DNA of 64,000 nt, from assembly GCA_035221665.1 (NCBI GenBank), contig CM069162.1, positions 19,158,001 to 19,222,000 on the forward strand, written 5' to 3'. Position numbers and translations under genes: made by a program. Position 1 is the stretch's first letter. Every line of letters starts with the position of its first letter. Shown here piece after piece: positions 62,506 through 64,000 of the stretch. This DNA is from Okamejei kenojei. Taxonomy: Eukaryota. The notes under the pieces are model-generated. The model did not search any database. It was not told where the DNA came from and saw only the letters and a program-made list of their open reading frames with translations.

Positions 62506-62944
62506 AGGAGCAGAATTAGGCCATTCAGCCCACCAAGTCTACTCCGCCATTCAATCATGGCTGATCTATCTCTCCCTCCTAACCCCATTCTTATTATTTT
62601 TAGGTATTGGGTATCATTAGGTAGAAAAAAAGATTTGTCCAAAATGCCTCTACAATGCACCAGCATGGAGCAATTGAAAATGTGATGGGGGTCATCTAGC
62701 ACTCAGTACAAAGTGATGCTCTCAGCTTGAACCAATAGACTATGGAAGGTTTGTGCTTTCAAAGCAGAGCATGGTCTTATCGAAGTAGTTGATAAACACA
62801 GGCTTGGCATTTCTGTCCTCTGCATCAACATCAAATTCATGCCAAAGGTATTCCCATCTCCAATAATTTGGCAGTATTTGTAGATTGTTACTCTCTCTAA
62901 ATATCAGATTTTACATATTTGAATATTGAACAGGGTCTTAATGA

Positions 62945-63440
62945 TGCAACGGTGGTTGCTGCCTTATAACACCAGAGACCCGGGTTCGATCCTGACCATG
63001 GGTGCTGCAGGATGGAATTGTCTACATTCTCCCTGTGACCTGCGTGGGTTTTCGCCGAGATCTCGGGTTTCCATTGATGTACAGGTTTAGAAACATAGAA
63101 ACATAGAAAATAGGTGCAGGAGTAGGCCATTCGGCCCTTCGAGCCTGCACCGCCATTCAATATGATCATGGCTGATCATCCAACTCAGTATCCCATACCT
63201 GCCTTCTCTCCATACCCCCGATCCCTTTAGCCACACTTAAATATAGCAACTCCCTCTTAAATATAGCAACTCCCTCTTAAATATAGCTTTTGTAGTTTGT
63301 AGGTTAGTTTGTAGGTTAATTGGCTTGGTATCAATGTAAAATTGTCCCTAGTGTGTGTAGGATCGTGTTAATCTGCTGTGATTGCTGGTCGGTGTGGATT
63401 AGGTAGGCCTGTATCTCTAAAACTAACATCTAAAAACTAA
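62945..63440 (+). mobile_element. V-SINE interrupted by a reverse CR1 3' end (~63088-63290)
   Basis: SINE resumes at tttgtaggttaattggc after the CR1 tail. Confidence 0.8.
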
Positions 63441-64000
63441 AACTATTAAAGTACTCTTTTAATACTCCCTTTGGGAGTGATACTCTGTTTCTGTGCTAGG
63501 CTTGTTAAATATTGCTGAGGAGGGATGCCAGTTTTGGTAGAATGAGTGAGATCTAAATGAGAGGCTGAATGAAGGACAACCCTGCTGCTCAAAGACAGAG
63601 TTCCTGCTCATGTCCAGAGAAGATGGAAACTGTGAAACGACCCAAGAGTGAACATCCTTTGTGCTGGGTGAAGAGAGGCTAACACAGGTTCTCTGTTGCA
63701 AAGACCCGTTTCCGTGCTGTGTGACTCTACGACTAATTTGAGCCCATATTTGTGCTCTGAACTAACCGTCCTTGGAGCTGTGAGGCAGCAGTTACAATGG
63801 CTGTGCCTCTAAGTTGCCCCATGTCAAAGCAGCTCACAGCTTAGATAAGCATGAGAACATGTAGCAGATTGATCAGTCCCTTTCAGTTGGAAACTGGGCA
63901 CCAATAAATGTTGATCCCCAACACATCTGGCTTCAGCAGTAATTGAAGCATCAGGTTCCTTCATTGAAGGAGAACAGTTTGATACTGCATTCCCTCCTTC

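Noticed and set aside
55728-64000. Next upstream ALPL exon (GGRIDHGHH...TADHSH)
   Set aside because: Not found by eye; it probably lies beyond the window end.

Overview
Repeat-dense vertebrate genomic DNA. The HE1-like V-SINEs, CR1/HER1 LINE 3' ends and Penelope fragments point to a cartilaginous fish, probably a skate or ray (inference). The only host gene I can support is the 3' end of tissue-nonspecific alkaline phosphatase (ALPL) on the minus strand: the penultimate exon (55608-55727), the last coding exon (53420-53700) and a probable poly(A) signal at about 51151. The rest is mostly mobile DNA: two DIRS tyrosine-recombinase retrotransposons with complete terminal/ICR architecture (12011-15765, 25127-29745), about 20 V-SINEs, many CR1, Rex1-like and Penelope fragments, Harbinger-type MITEs and a MITE with a 6-bp TSD. 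Most notable observations: (1) a ~120-140 bp retroposon, present twice, whose 5' end folds as a minimal HDV-like self-cleaving ribozyme, with a TSD abutting the predicted cleavage site; (2) a ~72-nt intron-like, hairpin-masked splice-donor module in the 5' leader of both DIRS families; (3) a 358-nt AG-exclusion zone with a distant branch point before the last ALPL exon; (4) a ~590-bp template-switch inverted duplication. Repeat boundaries were read by eye and are approximate unless TSD/TIR coordinates are stated.
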